Below are positions 41,036-54,486 of a DNA stretch of 64,000 bases, in pieces (position 1 is the stretch's first letter; every line of letters begins with the position of its first letter). Below the pieces are notes generated by a model. That model ran no database searches, had not been told where the DNA came from, and saw only the letters and a program-made list of their open reading frames with translations. The stretch comes from Callorhinchus milii. Lineage: Eukaryota. The position numbers were made by a program, and so were the translations under genes. The stretch covers positions 105,836,001 through 105,900,000 of the forward strand of contig NW_024704742.1 of the NCBI RefSeq assembly GCF_018977255.1, given 5' to 3'.

Positions 41036-42398
41036 TAGGAACATAGGAACACAGGAACAGGAGTAGGCCGTTCAGCCCTTCGAGCCTGTTCCACCATTTA
41101 ATTAGAACTTGGCTGATCTGTACCTTAACTGATCCTTTCAATTCCAATTTCCCGCCTTCTCCCTATATCCCTTAATACCCTGACCTACAAAAATCTATGA
41201 ACCTCACTCTTGAAGATGTGGATGGATGCAACACCCACAGCCTTTTGGGGGAGAGAATTCCAGATTTCTACCACCCTTTGAGTGAACAAATGCTTCCTGA
41301 TTTCACTCTTAAATGGCCTGGTTCTAATTTTAAGACTATGCCCCTTGTTTTGGATTCCCACCAGAGGAAATAGCTTCTCTGTATCTACCCTATCAAATCC
41401 CTTTATCATCTTAAATAGCTCAATCTTCTAAACTCAAGGGAATACAATCCAAGTTTATGCAGCCTTTCCTCGTAACTTAACCCTTTTAGGCCTGGTAACA
41501 TTCTGGTGAACCTGCACTGCACCTCCATTCAGGGTCAATATATCTTTCCTGAGGTGTGGTGCCCAAAACTGAATGCAATACTCCAGATGGGATCCGACTA
41601 ACACTCTATACAGCTGAAGTATCATTTGTATTCCAGGCCCCTTGAGATAAAGGCCAACAATTAGGGGCATAGAGTACAAGAGTCAGGAGTTTATGATTAA
41701 CCTATATAAAATGCTGGTTAGACCTCAGTTAGAATACTGCGCCCAGTTCTGGGCACCACACTATAGGAAGGCTGTTAAGGCATTGGAAAGGGTGCAGAGG
41801 AGGTTTACGAGGATGGTACCAGGAATGAGGGACCTTGATTATGAGGAAAGGCTAGAGAGGCTGGGATTATTCTCATTGGAACAGAGAAGGTTACGAGGAG
41901 ACCTAATAGAGGTCTTCAAAATCATGAGGGGATTTGATAGGTTGGAAAGGGAGAAACTATTTCCACTGGTGGGTGTGTCGGTGACTCGAGGTCACATATT
42001 CAAAATAGTATCTGAAAGAAGCAGAGGGGAGGTGAGAAGAAATTTTTTCACGCAGCGAGTTGTTCGAATCTGGAATGCATTGCCTGAAAGGGTGGTCGAG
42101 GCCGATTCGATAGCTACTTTTAAAAACGCGGTGGATGGGTATTTGAGGAGGATGGGTTTGCAGGGTTATGGGGAAAGGGCTGGGGAGTGGGATTGACATT
42201 AATTGCTCTATTCAAAGAGCCGGCATAAACTCGATGGGCCGAATGGCCTCTTTTTGTGCTGTACAATTCTATGATTCTATGATTCTATGAATTCACCTTT
42301 TTGCTTACTTTTTGCATCTGGGAACTAAATTTTAATGATTTGTGGATACGGACACGCAAATCTCTTTGCTCCTCCACAGTTCTTAATTTCTCCCCATA
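41036..42398 (-). mobile_element. Older CR1 LINE fragment split by a nested insertion (41036-41662 and 42290-42398)
   Basis: Minus ORFs LQLYRVLVGSHLEYCIQFWAPHLRKD and KGFDRVDTEKLFPLVG..FTQRVVEIWNSLP; (ttcctatg)-type tail at the left; antisense CR1 sequence resumes at 42290. Confidence 0.88.
41663..42289 (+). mobile_element. Young 5'-truncated CR1 LINE with intact ORF2 C-terminus
   Basis: Uninterrupted ORF 41693-42196 (LVRPQLEYCAQFWAPHY..LGLFSLEQRRLRGDLIEVFKI..FFTQRVVRIWNALP..GEWD*); three ATTCTATG units at the 3' end. Confidence 0.95.
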
Positions 42399-43059
42399 GT
42401 ATGTTTGTTAGAATGATTTTCTCTGGGTTGCCGGAGATTTGTGGGTCAGCCAGGTGTATTGTCTTGGGTTCCTTGTTGATTGAAGTGTTTTAAGGACTTG
42501 TTATACATCTTTTATATATCGTCAGCTTGCATCAGGTGACAGTACTGTCATCTCTGGGGTAGAAGGTTGTGGATTGAAGCCTGACCATCGATAGACAGTA
42601 TTCGTAGAAGTGCCTTATTGACAGCGATTTTGTTCTTGATGGCATGTTAAACAAAGGTCCTCTCTACTGTTCAGGTGGACATAAAAGATTCCATGACACT
42701 GGTATCCTTGTCAGGACCTCCGTCTAAAGTGTTCATTCAATTCATGTCTTATTGTGGGTCCTTGCTATGTACAAATTGTCTTCTGCGCTAGCCAACAAAC
42801 AGTCACTATTGCTAGAGAACAATTGCCTATAAGACACTTTGATGTGATAGGTGCTCTCTCAAATGCAAGAATTATTATTACCAAATTCACATTAGGGCCA
42901 AGGAATTCTTCTTTCACTTATAAATGCACATTGCCAAAGTGATAACATTCAGCGGCAGGAAGAATTCATCCCCAGGTTACCACATGGAGTTCAAAATGGA
43001 ATAATGGAAACCATATCTGGTCTGTACAGCTGAGTTCACTACATGCACTGTGGAGCTGA

Positions 43060-43650
43060 AGCAGGAGACCTGCACACCATCTGAAGAAACTAGTGACACA
43101 CGCATTGATGTCTCTCACCAGGAGGTAGGACCTGTTCAAAGGAATAGAAGATCCTCAGTCCAGATACATAAATATGCTGCCAAGCAATGGGAAAATACAT
43201 CACCTGTGGTCAATTCCCCACCAGGAGCTTCTCTGGGCCCTACAGTAAAAGCTGGAGACTGGAAGTGCTGAGAAGACAGGTGGTGACCCTTCTATACTCA
43301 ACACCTCTTCCGTTGTAGGGTGAAAGAGATCATTTGCTAATGCAAACTGTGTCTGGTACTGTGCAATCTGGAATTAATAATATGCACTTCTTTACTTCCA
43401 GGCTTTTTTCTCCTCCAGGCCACTCCTTTGCAGTTCTGACTTCCAGAAGTAGTTTGAAAACTTGCAGCAAGATGTATCTTTCTTCCCAAGATGAAGAGGG
43501 CCGCTATCGCCTTTGCCAATAAACTCTTTGGTGAAGCGGGTATTATTCTCTACTCGCACACTGCCAGAGGTCGATAAATCTACTGACAAGCAAAGGAAGC
43601 AAACTCCACAATTCTTTGTGTATTTCATTTGATGGCATAAAAGAAAGAAA
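43060..43650 (+). mobile_element. Decayed Myb/SANT-like coding remnant, probably PIF/Harbinger-derived (copy 1)
   Basis: Frameshifted peptides TRR*DLFKG, KQWENTSPVVNS, TRS..SKSW, EKTGGDP occur in the order expected for Harbinger Myb-like proteins. Confidence 0.5.
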
Positions 43651-45164
43651 AATAAAAAAGATATTTTATTTTTCTAAGTTTACTGACAAGCGGAGAATAA
43701 ACTTGTTTATCTCCAAAGGCATAACATTTAATCCCTTCCTCCTCCGCCTCTGCATACCAAAAGATTCACTCATACTTTTTATGCTGCTTTTCTTCTGGAT
43801 GCTACTTTCATACATATTTCTGTAAATGGTGATTACCGTTCTGCCGTATTCACTCACATTTGATTTTTATATGGATGTTAAAATGCGAGTATCCCTTTTG
43901 TGTCTATTTTATTCAGAAATCCAGTCTAGTTGAAACCATTTTAATTTAAGTACGGCACAAGCTGTTGATGTTGTTAACATTTATTCTTATCATTTGATGA
44001 GGCAGCTGCAGTGTAGAAAGTCCCATTGGACACTTTGAATTCCATCAACTTGTACGAAAAGCTGACAGTAAATGTTTTGCCTATGTCTCTCTCTGGGTTT
44101 AAACTCTGCCAAAATGTGATTTATAATGGAGGTGTGTGTTTGTGTGTGTAGGGGGTGGGGAGGGGGGGGGGGGGTTGCTAAGTCATTCTTTAAACTTTCT
44201 TTCTAATGTTTTGTTTATTCTCAATATGCCAGGAGTGATCTTGCTTGGCCCTCTTCCCCTTCCTCACTAAGAATATTTTTAGGCATTGCAATACTTTTAT
44301 CACCCTCAAATTATGAATGGACCTACCCCAATTCAAACAAATACCTTTTAGGATCAAGTCTGGTGCTCAACCCTCTGTATTATTCGAAGTTGCAATGGTT
44401 GACCTGCTATAGATTTTCAGCATTTTTATGAATAGAAGAGAATTGGTATTTGATTAGTGTTGGGCCATTAAGCAGGTGCAACTTCTGGAACATCACCCAA
44501 TGCTTCCACTTTACCCCCTCTTTAACCATCTTCAGATCAGACCTGAAGACTTCCCTCTTCGATTGTGCCTATGTGCCAAGTTGTTGTTGTTACTATGGCC
44601 GTGTGGACTGATAGAGTAGGATGATATGCCAGGTGTGTTTTCAACTATCTGGACAGGATTTCACGCAACTTTCTTGACTGGGCTAAAAATCAGGCTGCAG
44701 TTTGCTTTGGTCTAACTTTTAACTTTGAGTATGGTCTATATTAGAATTGGCAAAATAGGAAATGCTGTCAATACTAGCCTCACCCAGATGGTCAACACAC
44801 AGCAACACTTGCATATGATTGTGTTAGAAGCCTCAGGACAAATCTGTTCAGATCATGGCCCAGGAGACAGAGCTTATCACAGCCTCTTCCATCCAGGACC
44901 GGTGCCAGTCAGGCCATTCTTTGAGACAGCTGACAGCAGAACTAGAGGAGAACCGAGTTGCCACAGACTTTGACATCGCAATGTGTGGATGTTACTGGCA
45001 CTGCTACCTCCACGCACCCTCTGCTAGACAATTAGCACAGAAGCTGTCACTGATAGAAGCTGAGTACAAGGCAAAGGCATGACAGCGCAAAGCTTGTTCG
45101 GGACAATATAGTGCAATTTCCACAATACATTTAACATTGAAATTTATTACGTAAATAAAAAATG

Positions 45165-45695
45165 AACTGCCAAACAATATGAAGCAATCACCTGTGGTTG
45201 AGTCCTCCACAGGAGTTTCTCCGGGTCTTGCAATTCAAGCCGGAGGCCATATGTGCTGAGAAGACAGGTGGTGACCCTTCTACTCTCACTACCTCACACC
45301 TGGAGTATGGTGAAAGAGCCATACACCTGCTATACGAGCCAGTGCAAACTGTGCGTGATACTGTGCAATCTGGAATCGATACTGTACACTATTTCCAGGC
45401 TTGTTTTCTCCTCCAGAATAGACCTCATTTTGATTCAGGATGGAGCTTGCCTTCCCAGATGACAGGGGACTGTTTTTCCATTCGTCTATAAATATGCCAA
45501 CCCTTTGGTGACAAACAGGTGTTATCCTGTGCATTCACACACACAGACACACACACACTCACCCACACATACACACACACATTCTGCCAATTTTATTTGG
45601 GCATTATTGGTCAGGACACAATGAGAACCTGCTGACAAGCAGAACAAGCAAATTTCACAATTTTGCATTAAAATTGACGGCATAAAAAGAAAAAT
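45165..45695 (+). mobile_element. Second diverged copy of the same remnant
   Basis: Colinear with 43180-43650; exact 30-mer at 43265-43294 = 45253-45282; reads EKTGGDPSTL..GERAIHLL..QSGIDT; (CA)n expansion at about 45536-45580. Confidence 0.55.
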
Positions 45696-46084
45696 ATGTG
45701 TTGTTTTGCATTATACTGAGCACCTGATTCCTCTGCGCAGCTCATGAGGACACCAGGACTCTACCCCGCGTGAAGGGCGCCACATGAATGCAAGTCGTTG
45801 TTGTATAAGGTTTCCCTTATCAGGCAGAGTAAATTCTATTACATGGTAAAGATCTTTTTAAGAATCTTTGTTAAGTTTTTGCCATAACTATGCCAGTATT
45901 CCTCTTTGGTTCCCATATGTATTACTTCTGTCCATTGTTTCTAGTGTTCCTGTGCCATTGGGTCATCAATGGTAGCTGCTGCCCCTTCACACATACTTAT
46001 ATTGCAATTAACTTTTGAGATTGAGTTTTGACAAATAATAAAAAATATCCTTATATTTGTTTTTGTGCCTTTCACATTGGGAGG

Positions 46085-46440
46085 GCATCTCAAAGCGCTT
46101 CACAGGATTTAGTGTAAACTAAACTACAGATTTTGCAAGTGAACACTGAGGGTAATTTTCACACAGTAGTGTGCCACAAATAACCAGGAGGTAAAACACC
46201 AATTTTATTTGGAGGATTATCATTGATACTCCCTTCTTTTCTCGGGTAGTGCCTTGGGATCTTAATGTCCATCGGAGCAGGCAGGACCTCAGTTTTAACA
46301 TCTCATTTAAATGATGGCCACTCTGACAATGCAGAACCACTAGCACTGCATTGGCGTGTCAGTCCAAAGTCCTCATGTAGGGCTTGAACCCACAACCTTA
46401 TAATCTCGAGCAAGAGTGTTACCAGCTGAATCAGGTTGAC
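46085..46440 (-). mobile_element. tRNA/Deu-type SINE (similar decayed minus copies near 47640-47900, 53080-53370, 63200-63460)
   Basis: gggcttgaacccacaacc (reverse B box) and gggatcttaatgtcca..cctcagttttaacatctcat core. Confidence 0.65.
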
Positions 46441-49400
46441 AAGTGTTTAGTGTTCTAAAACTGCTCCAAGAGCTCCCTCTATAATCAGAGCAAAGACAGT
46501 CTTTGGGGCATTTTGCTCATGTCCTGACTGATTTTAACATCAATTTCAAGTTTATAATGGCACATTTAAAAATTCTAACTACATGTTTTTATACTATGCA
46601 AGCTCTGAATTATTGATTTGTTTTTGTCTTAATGATTTTAGCAGCGGTGTTGTTGGAAGCCATTAAATGGAACATATAAATGGGTGCACTAGTAATCTAC
46701 GGCAAGATTTTTTTCTGCCATTATGTTCACCTAAACACTGCCACAAATTAGGAACATTTAGTCATCAGGGATCCATCACTTGTCAGAATTTGATAAGTTA
46801 GTTGTTAATAATTTAAATGAGGATTAATTTTAATGTGTTCATAACCCAGTGAGTAATAAAATCAATGACTAAGCTGTTGTTAGTGCTCTACTTATATAGC
46901 TGATTGACCAGTTACAAGAGGCACACATCTTCAGCACTTTTGAATCCTTCTGCTATGGTTCAAGGGGAAAAGATTTTAAATCCTGGTTTAGGCAATGTGG
47001 TGGAAGGAAAAGCTCAGAGTTTATGGATCGAAGTTACATGTCTGCAGGCAATGAAAAGATAGTTTGTTATGAGAGAAAGTCTGCGTGCTCAGAAACATTT
47101 GAAAAAGTCAATTTAAGTGCTTCTTTCTGAGCGTTCAGGCCCATTGCTTTTACATAAAGCTGCAGTAGAAACATTGGCGTTGTGGTGAGGTGTCTACTAG
47201 GATTGCTAAGTCAGTGTCTTACATTCAAACAGCTTTACTTTAATTGCCTTCATAAATCTGCTTAGAGCAAGTGCTTTCACTATGGGCCAGAAAACATGTT
47301 AAAAAGGAACTTGAGGAGCAATAGAAGAGATGGAAAAGCGAGATGTGGAATGGAATAAGTCAGTTAGAAAACCTGGGAGACACAGAAACATGGACTAGGA
47401 CTGAATGTGAGATCAGTAAGTGAAAGGCTAACAGAAGTAATCCAATTCATCAACTGGTGGCTCAGTTATTGCATTGCATTGGCTAGAATGAAATTGAATT
47501 ACTTAGACTTGAAGGTTACTCAGGTTAGATCCCTGCTGGTCTGTGCTCAGTTAGCTGGTCTCAGCTGGGCAGCAGTAAGAATTCTACAATTGGACTTATA
47601 ACATTTTATAACAATAATCATAGAATTTGATATAGAATTGACATCAAAATACTTCTCAGAGAATTGTTTTACAGTATAGTGACTGTGTATTTGTAGGTGA
47701 ACACAGTAGCCAACCTACAGACAGTCATGTGCCGTAAAAAGTCATAATGTGAACAATCAATTTATCTGGAGGATAGTTGGGAGGACCATCGGGAGAAACT
47801 CCCTTCTCTTTCTGAATAGTGTCATGAGATCTTTAACATCTACCTAAGTAGCCAGATAAAGCATCTCACTCGAAAGATGGCACTTCCAACAATGGGGTGC
47901 ATCCCTCCCGCCCCCCGACAATGCAGCCCTCTGGTCTGCATTGCGATGCAAGATCTGATATTGCAATGCAGAACTGATGCAAGATCAAACTGAGCTGTGA
48001 TTCCCTCCCCCCATCAGAATTGAATAGGATATTACAGTGCACCCTCTTAAGATTTAAATCCAGGGGAGAAACCTCGGTAACACAACAACTTGCATTTATT
48101 TTTAAACTTTTTTTAGAGCAGAAAATTATGTCAAGAGTGGGTGCAAACCGAGCAAGAAATAAGAAATCAGAGAGCTTCAAATATAAATCTGATTTTTGTT
48201 TAAAAAAGCTGGAGCGAGGGAATTAGAGTTAACAACCAGTTGTATGAGGAATTCATATTCCTTTTCAGCTCAAAATGCACCATACCAGATACTGAATTAA
48301 ATGGTGGAAGGGATGGTTCCAGAATGCTTTTCATGCAATTTTAAACCCAATAAAGCATGCATCTGTTCATGAAAAGGAAATTGTGTTGTTGGTGAGATGT
48401 GGTGCAAAACTTAAAAGCACCCACAGCATGACTGCACTCCCCTTCCCTAAGGCTGTGACCAACCTGCCCACTTATCCACAAATGCCAAAATTCTCTTTGT
48501 TTGTCTCTTGCTCACAGATGGTCTGATCCTTTTGTCTACAAATGCCATCATCCTGTTTAGTGCCCTTGTGCACATAAATGCCGTTATCTACTCAGTTGCC
48601 TTTCCACTGATGCTGCCATCCTGCTCATTTCCGCTCATTTGCTGATGCCACCCCACTGTTTTTCATTGCTTTGACCATCGACACTGTCATCCTGATGAAA
48701 TGTTGAATATAATGAATTATGCATGATCGTGGTTTACTACAATCAGGATTTGGGTACCATTTGAGAAAAGGGAGTTTGTTACACAGAAAACCCATGCCAT
48801 GATTCAGTTTTGTGGGAGATAAAAGCTTTACCAGTAAGACCCACACAATGACCAAAGTCCACTAATAACAATTGATCAACCAATTCAAAGGACTATTAAA
48901 GAAAATTATTAATTTTCTCTGCCAATACATCCTGAAAGTATTCTTCCTACCTCCCTCCTTCCCTCCCTGTCTCTCACACAAGTGGCCATTATTCCTGCAT
49001 GAATCTTAATGGAATCGGCAGACTTGCTGATCACAATTGAACTCAATCCTGCTGTCTTTTGACGCACGAGCTGTCCAGCAGGGGTGTTTGGATAGTGATC
49101 AGGAGCTGGAACTCTGGTTGATTCTTCTCTGTGGCCAATTGTAGCACCTGACAGATGACCTCGACTGAATCCCTACTGAGATCAGATAATTCAATGCAGT
49201 CTGAGATTCACACATGTAACCTTCTGATCTTTATGGTTTTAATGCTGCTTTTACCCATTTGGCCATCGGAGCGGAAGAGCTGTAAAAAAATGAAAACTTC
49301 ACCCTCAGACCAATGTCCATGGAATAATATATGGTCTCTTAAAGTTTCTTTCCACTAATTAGCTTTCTCACTGAATATTTTATATTGCATGTGCTACTTT

Positions 49401-50282
49401 TGAAATACGGCTTGTGCTGCATCAAAAGATACAAGATATAATAATGAAAAAACAAAACTTCAATCAAAAAATAATTATTGGAAAGAGATAGTAACAGTCT
49501 CCCAACTAGTCCATTGGCATTGATCTTTGGATAAAAGTGTTATTTTTTTCATGATTAGAATTGGATTATATGAATGTAAAAGTGAGGTCCACTGACTACA
49601 AGGATCCTTTATGTAAATTCAATTTTGCCACTTGGCTTCAGAGGCTGTTGCACAAACATTTAAAAAATCTGAGATCAATTCTTGGGGAGAAAAGGGGAGA
49701 CAGCCATTTGAATGTTTTATTTGCTTTAGGGCATTTTTACAGATTGAGCTTGGAGCTCAGATTCCTGGTCTGTACTAAGTTGAGCTGATCTCTGCCAGGA
49801 CAGTGGTGGTGGTGCTTGGGGAGTAGCAATTGGGGTCAGTGTCCCTGAGCTATGAAGGATAAACTTCATCCAGTTAGAATGATTGAGCCATTCAATAGTA
49901 CAAGTCAAAGACTTCAGTAACAGTTCTGAATAAACTCAGCAATGGTGTTATAGATCCCAGCATAGACATCAATCATGTGATGATGAATGTTAGGCTGCCA
50001 GTATTGCTGGTGACAATGAGGCTTTGTGCTATTTCGACTTCATTGTTGCTGGCAATAAAACCGATGGGCCTCAAGAGGAAATGAGATAATATTGCAAACA
50101 CAGCAAAGTGGATAATTTTTATGTGCTTTCATTCTCCCTAAAGGGCTGAAATATGTTTGCTGTTTGTGAAAATAACTGTTCAAATGGAATCCAAGAAAAT
50201 GACTTTTGGTGCTATAGCAAACACCATCTTGCATTTATATACAGTATATACATATATTTATATACAGTAACATTTACATAAC

Positions 50283-50671
50283 AGAGTTGAAGGGTCATCT
50301 GGTGGAGGTTTTTAAAATTATGAGGGATTTTATTAGAGTCAAAAGGGAGAAATTATTTCCAATTATTGATGAGTCAGTAGCGAGACAGCATCAATTTAAC
50401 ATAGCTAATAAACAAGCAAATGGGGAGATTAGGATAAATGTCTTCATGCATAGAATAAGTAAGATATGGAATGTCCTGCCAGGAGCAATGGTTGAGGTAG
50501 AATCCATATTGGTTTTCAAGAGGGAACTAGAAAGATACATTAATACGAGTCAGCTACAGGGATATGGGGAAAGGACAGGTAAGAAGTACTGGAAAGATTG
50601 CTCCTGAGGGAAACAGCACAGACACGATGAGCTGAATGCCTTCTTCTGTGTCGTAAGTGTCTATGGTTCTA
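50283..50671 (+). mobile_element. CR1 LINE 3' fragment
   Basis: ORF KGHLVEVFKIMRDF..EKLFP..IWNVLP..QGYGE; 3'UTR gatgagctgaatgccttcttctgtg. Confidence 0.88.
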
Positions 50672-50879
50672 ACAGAATATCTCAAAGTGCTAAACAAGGG
50701 AAAGATGGAGCAGGAATTGGAAAGAATTTAAAGATAGCTAAAGGCACAGTTGAAGAGATACATCTTGTGAGAGAGATTTTTGAGAGAGAAGGTAATATGG
50801 TCAAGTAATTTTGTAAGAGATTTCCAGAACACATAATCCAGCATCATACTTCCCAATATGGGAAAGAAAATAACTAAAA

Positions 50880-51548
50880 TACAATACAAAATTGTATTTG
50901 TATAGCGCCTTTAAAGTTGGGAGGATCATCCCAAGGAGCTGGACAGTCAAAGATTTGAACCCGAACTGGGGATTGGGATTAGGGAGGGTGGAGTTCAGTG
51001 AGAGTAGGAGTGTGGCTGAAGGTGCGGTCGAAGGAGGGTTTTGACACATGCCTTGAAGGAGGCAAGGGAGGGAGCAAGGTGAAGGGAATGTGGGATGGAG
51101 TTCCAAAGGGTGGGGGCAGAAAAGCTGAAAGCCCGATCGCCAAGGGTGGGATGGATCAGAGAGGGTCGTGGAGTTCTGGGTGATGTGCAGCTTGCGGAGG
51201 GAAAAGTTGGAGAGGCTGACAAGCAGAGTGTTGGCATAGTCGAGCCTAATGTGATGAAAGCGTGGATGAGGGTTTCGGTGGCCTGAAGGGTGAGGCAATG
51301 GCGGAGCCTGGTGATATTGTGGAGGTGGGGAAGGAAGAGCGGGTCATGGATATGGGGTAGAAAAGACAGTTGAGGGTCAAACAAGATGCCAAGGTTCTGG
51401 ACTGACTTGGTGAGGTGGATTGTGCATCCCTGGATGGTGATGCTGTCAATGCCTGAGGAGTAAAGGCTCTGATGGGAGACAATCAGAAGGGCCTCGGTCT
51501 TGTTGACGTTCAACTCTAGAAAGTTAGCTCTCATCCAGGACTTGGGAT
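50880..51548 (-). mobile_element. L2 LINE sequence with an internal discontinuity near 51158
   Basis: Minus ORFs WMRANFLELNVNKTEALLI..VQNLGILFDPQLSF..HLHNITRLRH..TETLIHAFIT and RLDYANTLL..LHITQNS; L2 tail at the left end. Confidence 0.9.
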
Positions 51549-51557
51549 GAGGGAGGG

Positions 51558-52039
51558 CTCCGTGGCCCCATCAAACCCACCTTCGCCCGGCTCCACTGGC
51601 TCCCCATTCCTCAGAGGATAGAATTCAAAGTCTTCACTTTCAAGGCCCTCCATGGCCTTGCCCACTCCTAACTCTCTGACCTGCTAACCCCCTATCAATC
51701 TACCCGCTCCCTCCATTCAGCATGCTCTGGGCTGCTCCATGTCTTCCACCTGACCCGCCCTACCATCAGCGACTGGGCTTTCAGCCTCTCTGCCCCCACC
51801 CTTTGGAACTCCATCCCACAATCCCTTCACTTTGCTCCCTCTCTTGCCTCCTTCAAGGCATGACTCAAGACCTTTGTTTTCAACCGTGCCTTCAGTCGTC
51901 CTTCTACCTCTCTGCTCTCCCTCATCCCAACCCAGCCCGCCCCCCCACCCTCAGGTCCTGATTCCCCAATGGTTCAGGCCTTGGGTCCACCTCCCGACGT
52001 GAAAGGTGCTTTACAAATGCAATTTTGTTGTTGTTGTTG
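51558..52039 (+). mobile_element. L2 LINE 3' fragment
   Basis: LHWLPIPQRIEFK..FKALHGLAP region, terminal stem-loop and (gtt)n tail. Confidence 0.9.
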
Positions 52040-54486
52040 ATGTCTGACAGAATTGTCATTAGTAATTGCCATCTAGTAACTAGTAATAAAATTGTATGTC
52101 TAAAACGTGTTAATCCTACATGAAAGGCATTGTATAGAAGCGCAAGTTGTTGCTGTGTATTTGTGGCTGTACATCAGATAAAGCCAAAGAACAGCGGTAG
52201 AGAGCAAGATGGAGAACAAAAGAAAAAGAAAGATGCACGGAACAGTTCTACAGGTAACAATAGTGTGCATGCATTTGGTTCGAGATTTATGCTGCTTTAT
52301 AATTAGGAAATAGCTTCTGTTCATTGCTTCAGCTTCACCATATATCACCCGTCAATCTTAGTCCTGATAGGTTTGGATGTTCGGTGTGTCACTATAAGGA
52401 AAGTAGCTGATTTCCAGTAGAGTGGAGCCAAAGTATTAATCTGATTAATGTGATAAATTACCTCATATCTTGCATTCAAGGTCAATGATAGCAAATTGAC
52501 AATTACCATTAGCATGAATGCATTGTAAGACAATTTGTAAAATTTTTTTTAATCTTTTAGCTCTCTTCAGGTTATGTGCTGAATTCTGATTCAAGCATTA
52601 CCAGTGTTTAGTTGCTCTTTAATGATTTAGAATGAAAATCTTGATATATTTAATTAAAATACGGTTCAATAACACAACTGGTTAGGAAACACGTAAATGG
52701 GTTTGCCTGCATATTGTGCAGAATAGTACAAATACTTAATATCAAATGATGTGAATCATATAATTGCAGTAATGTCAGATACTGCTTCATGTAAAATCAT
52801 CATTTTAGTGATCTACTGTAACATTACTGAGAGCAGATTAATGATTGTTTTGTAATATTCTTGGCACTATAAGTAATGAATGCAATCACATAGGGGCAGG
52901 TGAAAGCAGTTCTATCCATCCTTTTGAATATACAATCAAAGAAGGTTTACAGAGCAAAAGGAGGCAATCCAACCTATTGTATCTATGCCCCACTGGAGCT
53001 ATTTACTCTAATTCCATTTCCTTACTTTTTAAACCTGCTCTTTAATATTTTAATAAACATTACATTTGATATTGTGCCTTTCACATTGGAAGAATGTCTC
53101 AAAGTGTTTCACAAGACTTACTGTGAAGTTTAGTGACTGTGTATTCTGCATGTGAATGCAGCGGTAAAGGACTACACAGCAATGTCCCACAATCAGTCAT
53201 GAAGTTAATGACCAATTTTGTCAGGGGGATTGTTGGCCAGGACACCAAGAAAATCTCCCTTCTCTGTTTGAAAAGTCCATGGTTTCTTTACCGTCCATGT
53301 GAACAGAGAGTTGGAACCTCAGCTTAATGTCTCGTCTAAAGAATGGTACCTTCAAGAGCGTAGTACACCAGCCTAGAGAATACGAGTTCAAATATCATCA
53401 TTCCTGAAGCATTTACCAAATTTCCATTTAAAAGCTGTTTTGAACTCAATTTCGACAATCATTTGTTGTTAGGCATGTTCCAGTAACCCTATATATAAAA
53501 AAATTCCAGTCTTCTTCGTTTTTCTTTTGGTGTTAGAATAATCCTCAATTGGTGTTTTCTTGTTACTCTGGATCAACGGAAATATTCTCTCTCATTTTAC
53601 ACAATTAAAACTGTTCATAAATTTGAAAATTATTAACTTTATTCAGCCAGTCTGTTCCCTGCAACTGGACACTTAAAAAAGAAGAGACAGATCTGAGGTC
53701 AGTATGGATGGTAAGAATTTATCATTAATCAACAGCATATTGGAGCATATGGTAAGAATATATCATTAATCAACAGCATAATTTTACCTTACAAAATGTT
53801 GTGGGACCCCTGTATAATGTGTGTTAGCTTATAGAGTGATTGTGGTGTAGACCCAGTATTTACTTAACCAAAAAATTCCAAATGCACACAGAAAGCTGGC
53901 TGGCTCACTTCAAAATGCAGACTCTTTATTCAGAAGGCAATCAACGACTGGAACAGGTTGTCAGAAAAAGTTGGTGACGTCAGGAATGCTGGACTGATTT
54001 AAAAACAGCTTGATGCTTTGATGGGAGGTAAGGAACGATAAGATGGGTGTTTTGGAAGGATAAAATTGGATGGGCAAAAGGCCCAAACTGATTTTACGAC
54101 CTTATAATCTTGCAACCTCTAAAACATATCCAACTTCCAGTTTCAAGTTCACCTAGGGCATCATTTGCTGTGAGCTGTGCGTGCTCAGGGCGCAAGAAGT
54201 GACGTTGGTGGTGACCTGACGGCTAATTGAAAAGTATAGAAATGTAAATAAGGGGCATTCTGGTTTCTGTTGACTGCAGATCCTGGAGACCAACACACCA
54301 CTGAGGGCTTGGTCCAGGTTAAAATATCATTGTCTATTATTCAATAAAAACAATTGCTTCTGTTGATTCAAAAAATGATTCTGGTCTCAATTTTTTTAAT
54401 TCATGTAATATTTCAGGAGACGCCAGGTAAAATTTGACCCGGTGTTACTTGTTTCAGAATATTTTTTGTGCCTCATCCGATTTTGT

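Noticed and set aside
41693..42196. 167-aa intact ORF as a host gene
   Set aside because: It is the C-terminus of CR1 ORF2 in a 5'-truncated copy lacking the catalytic RT core.
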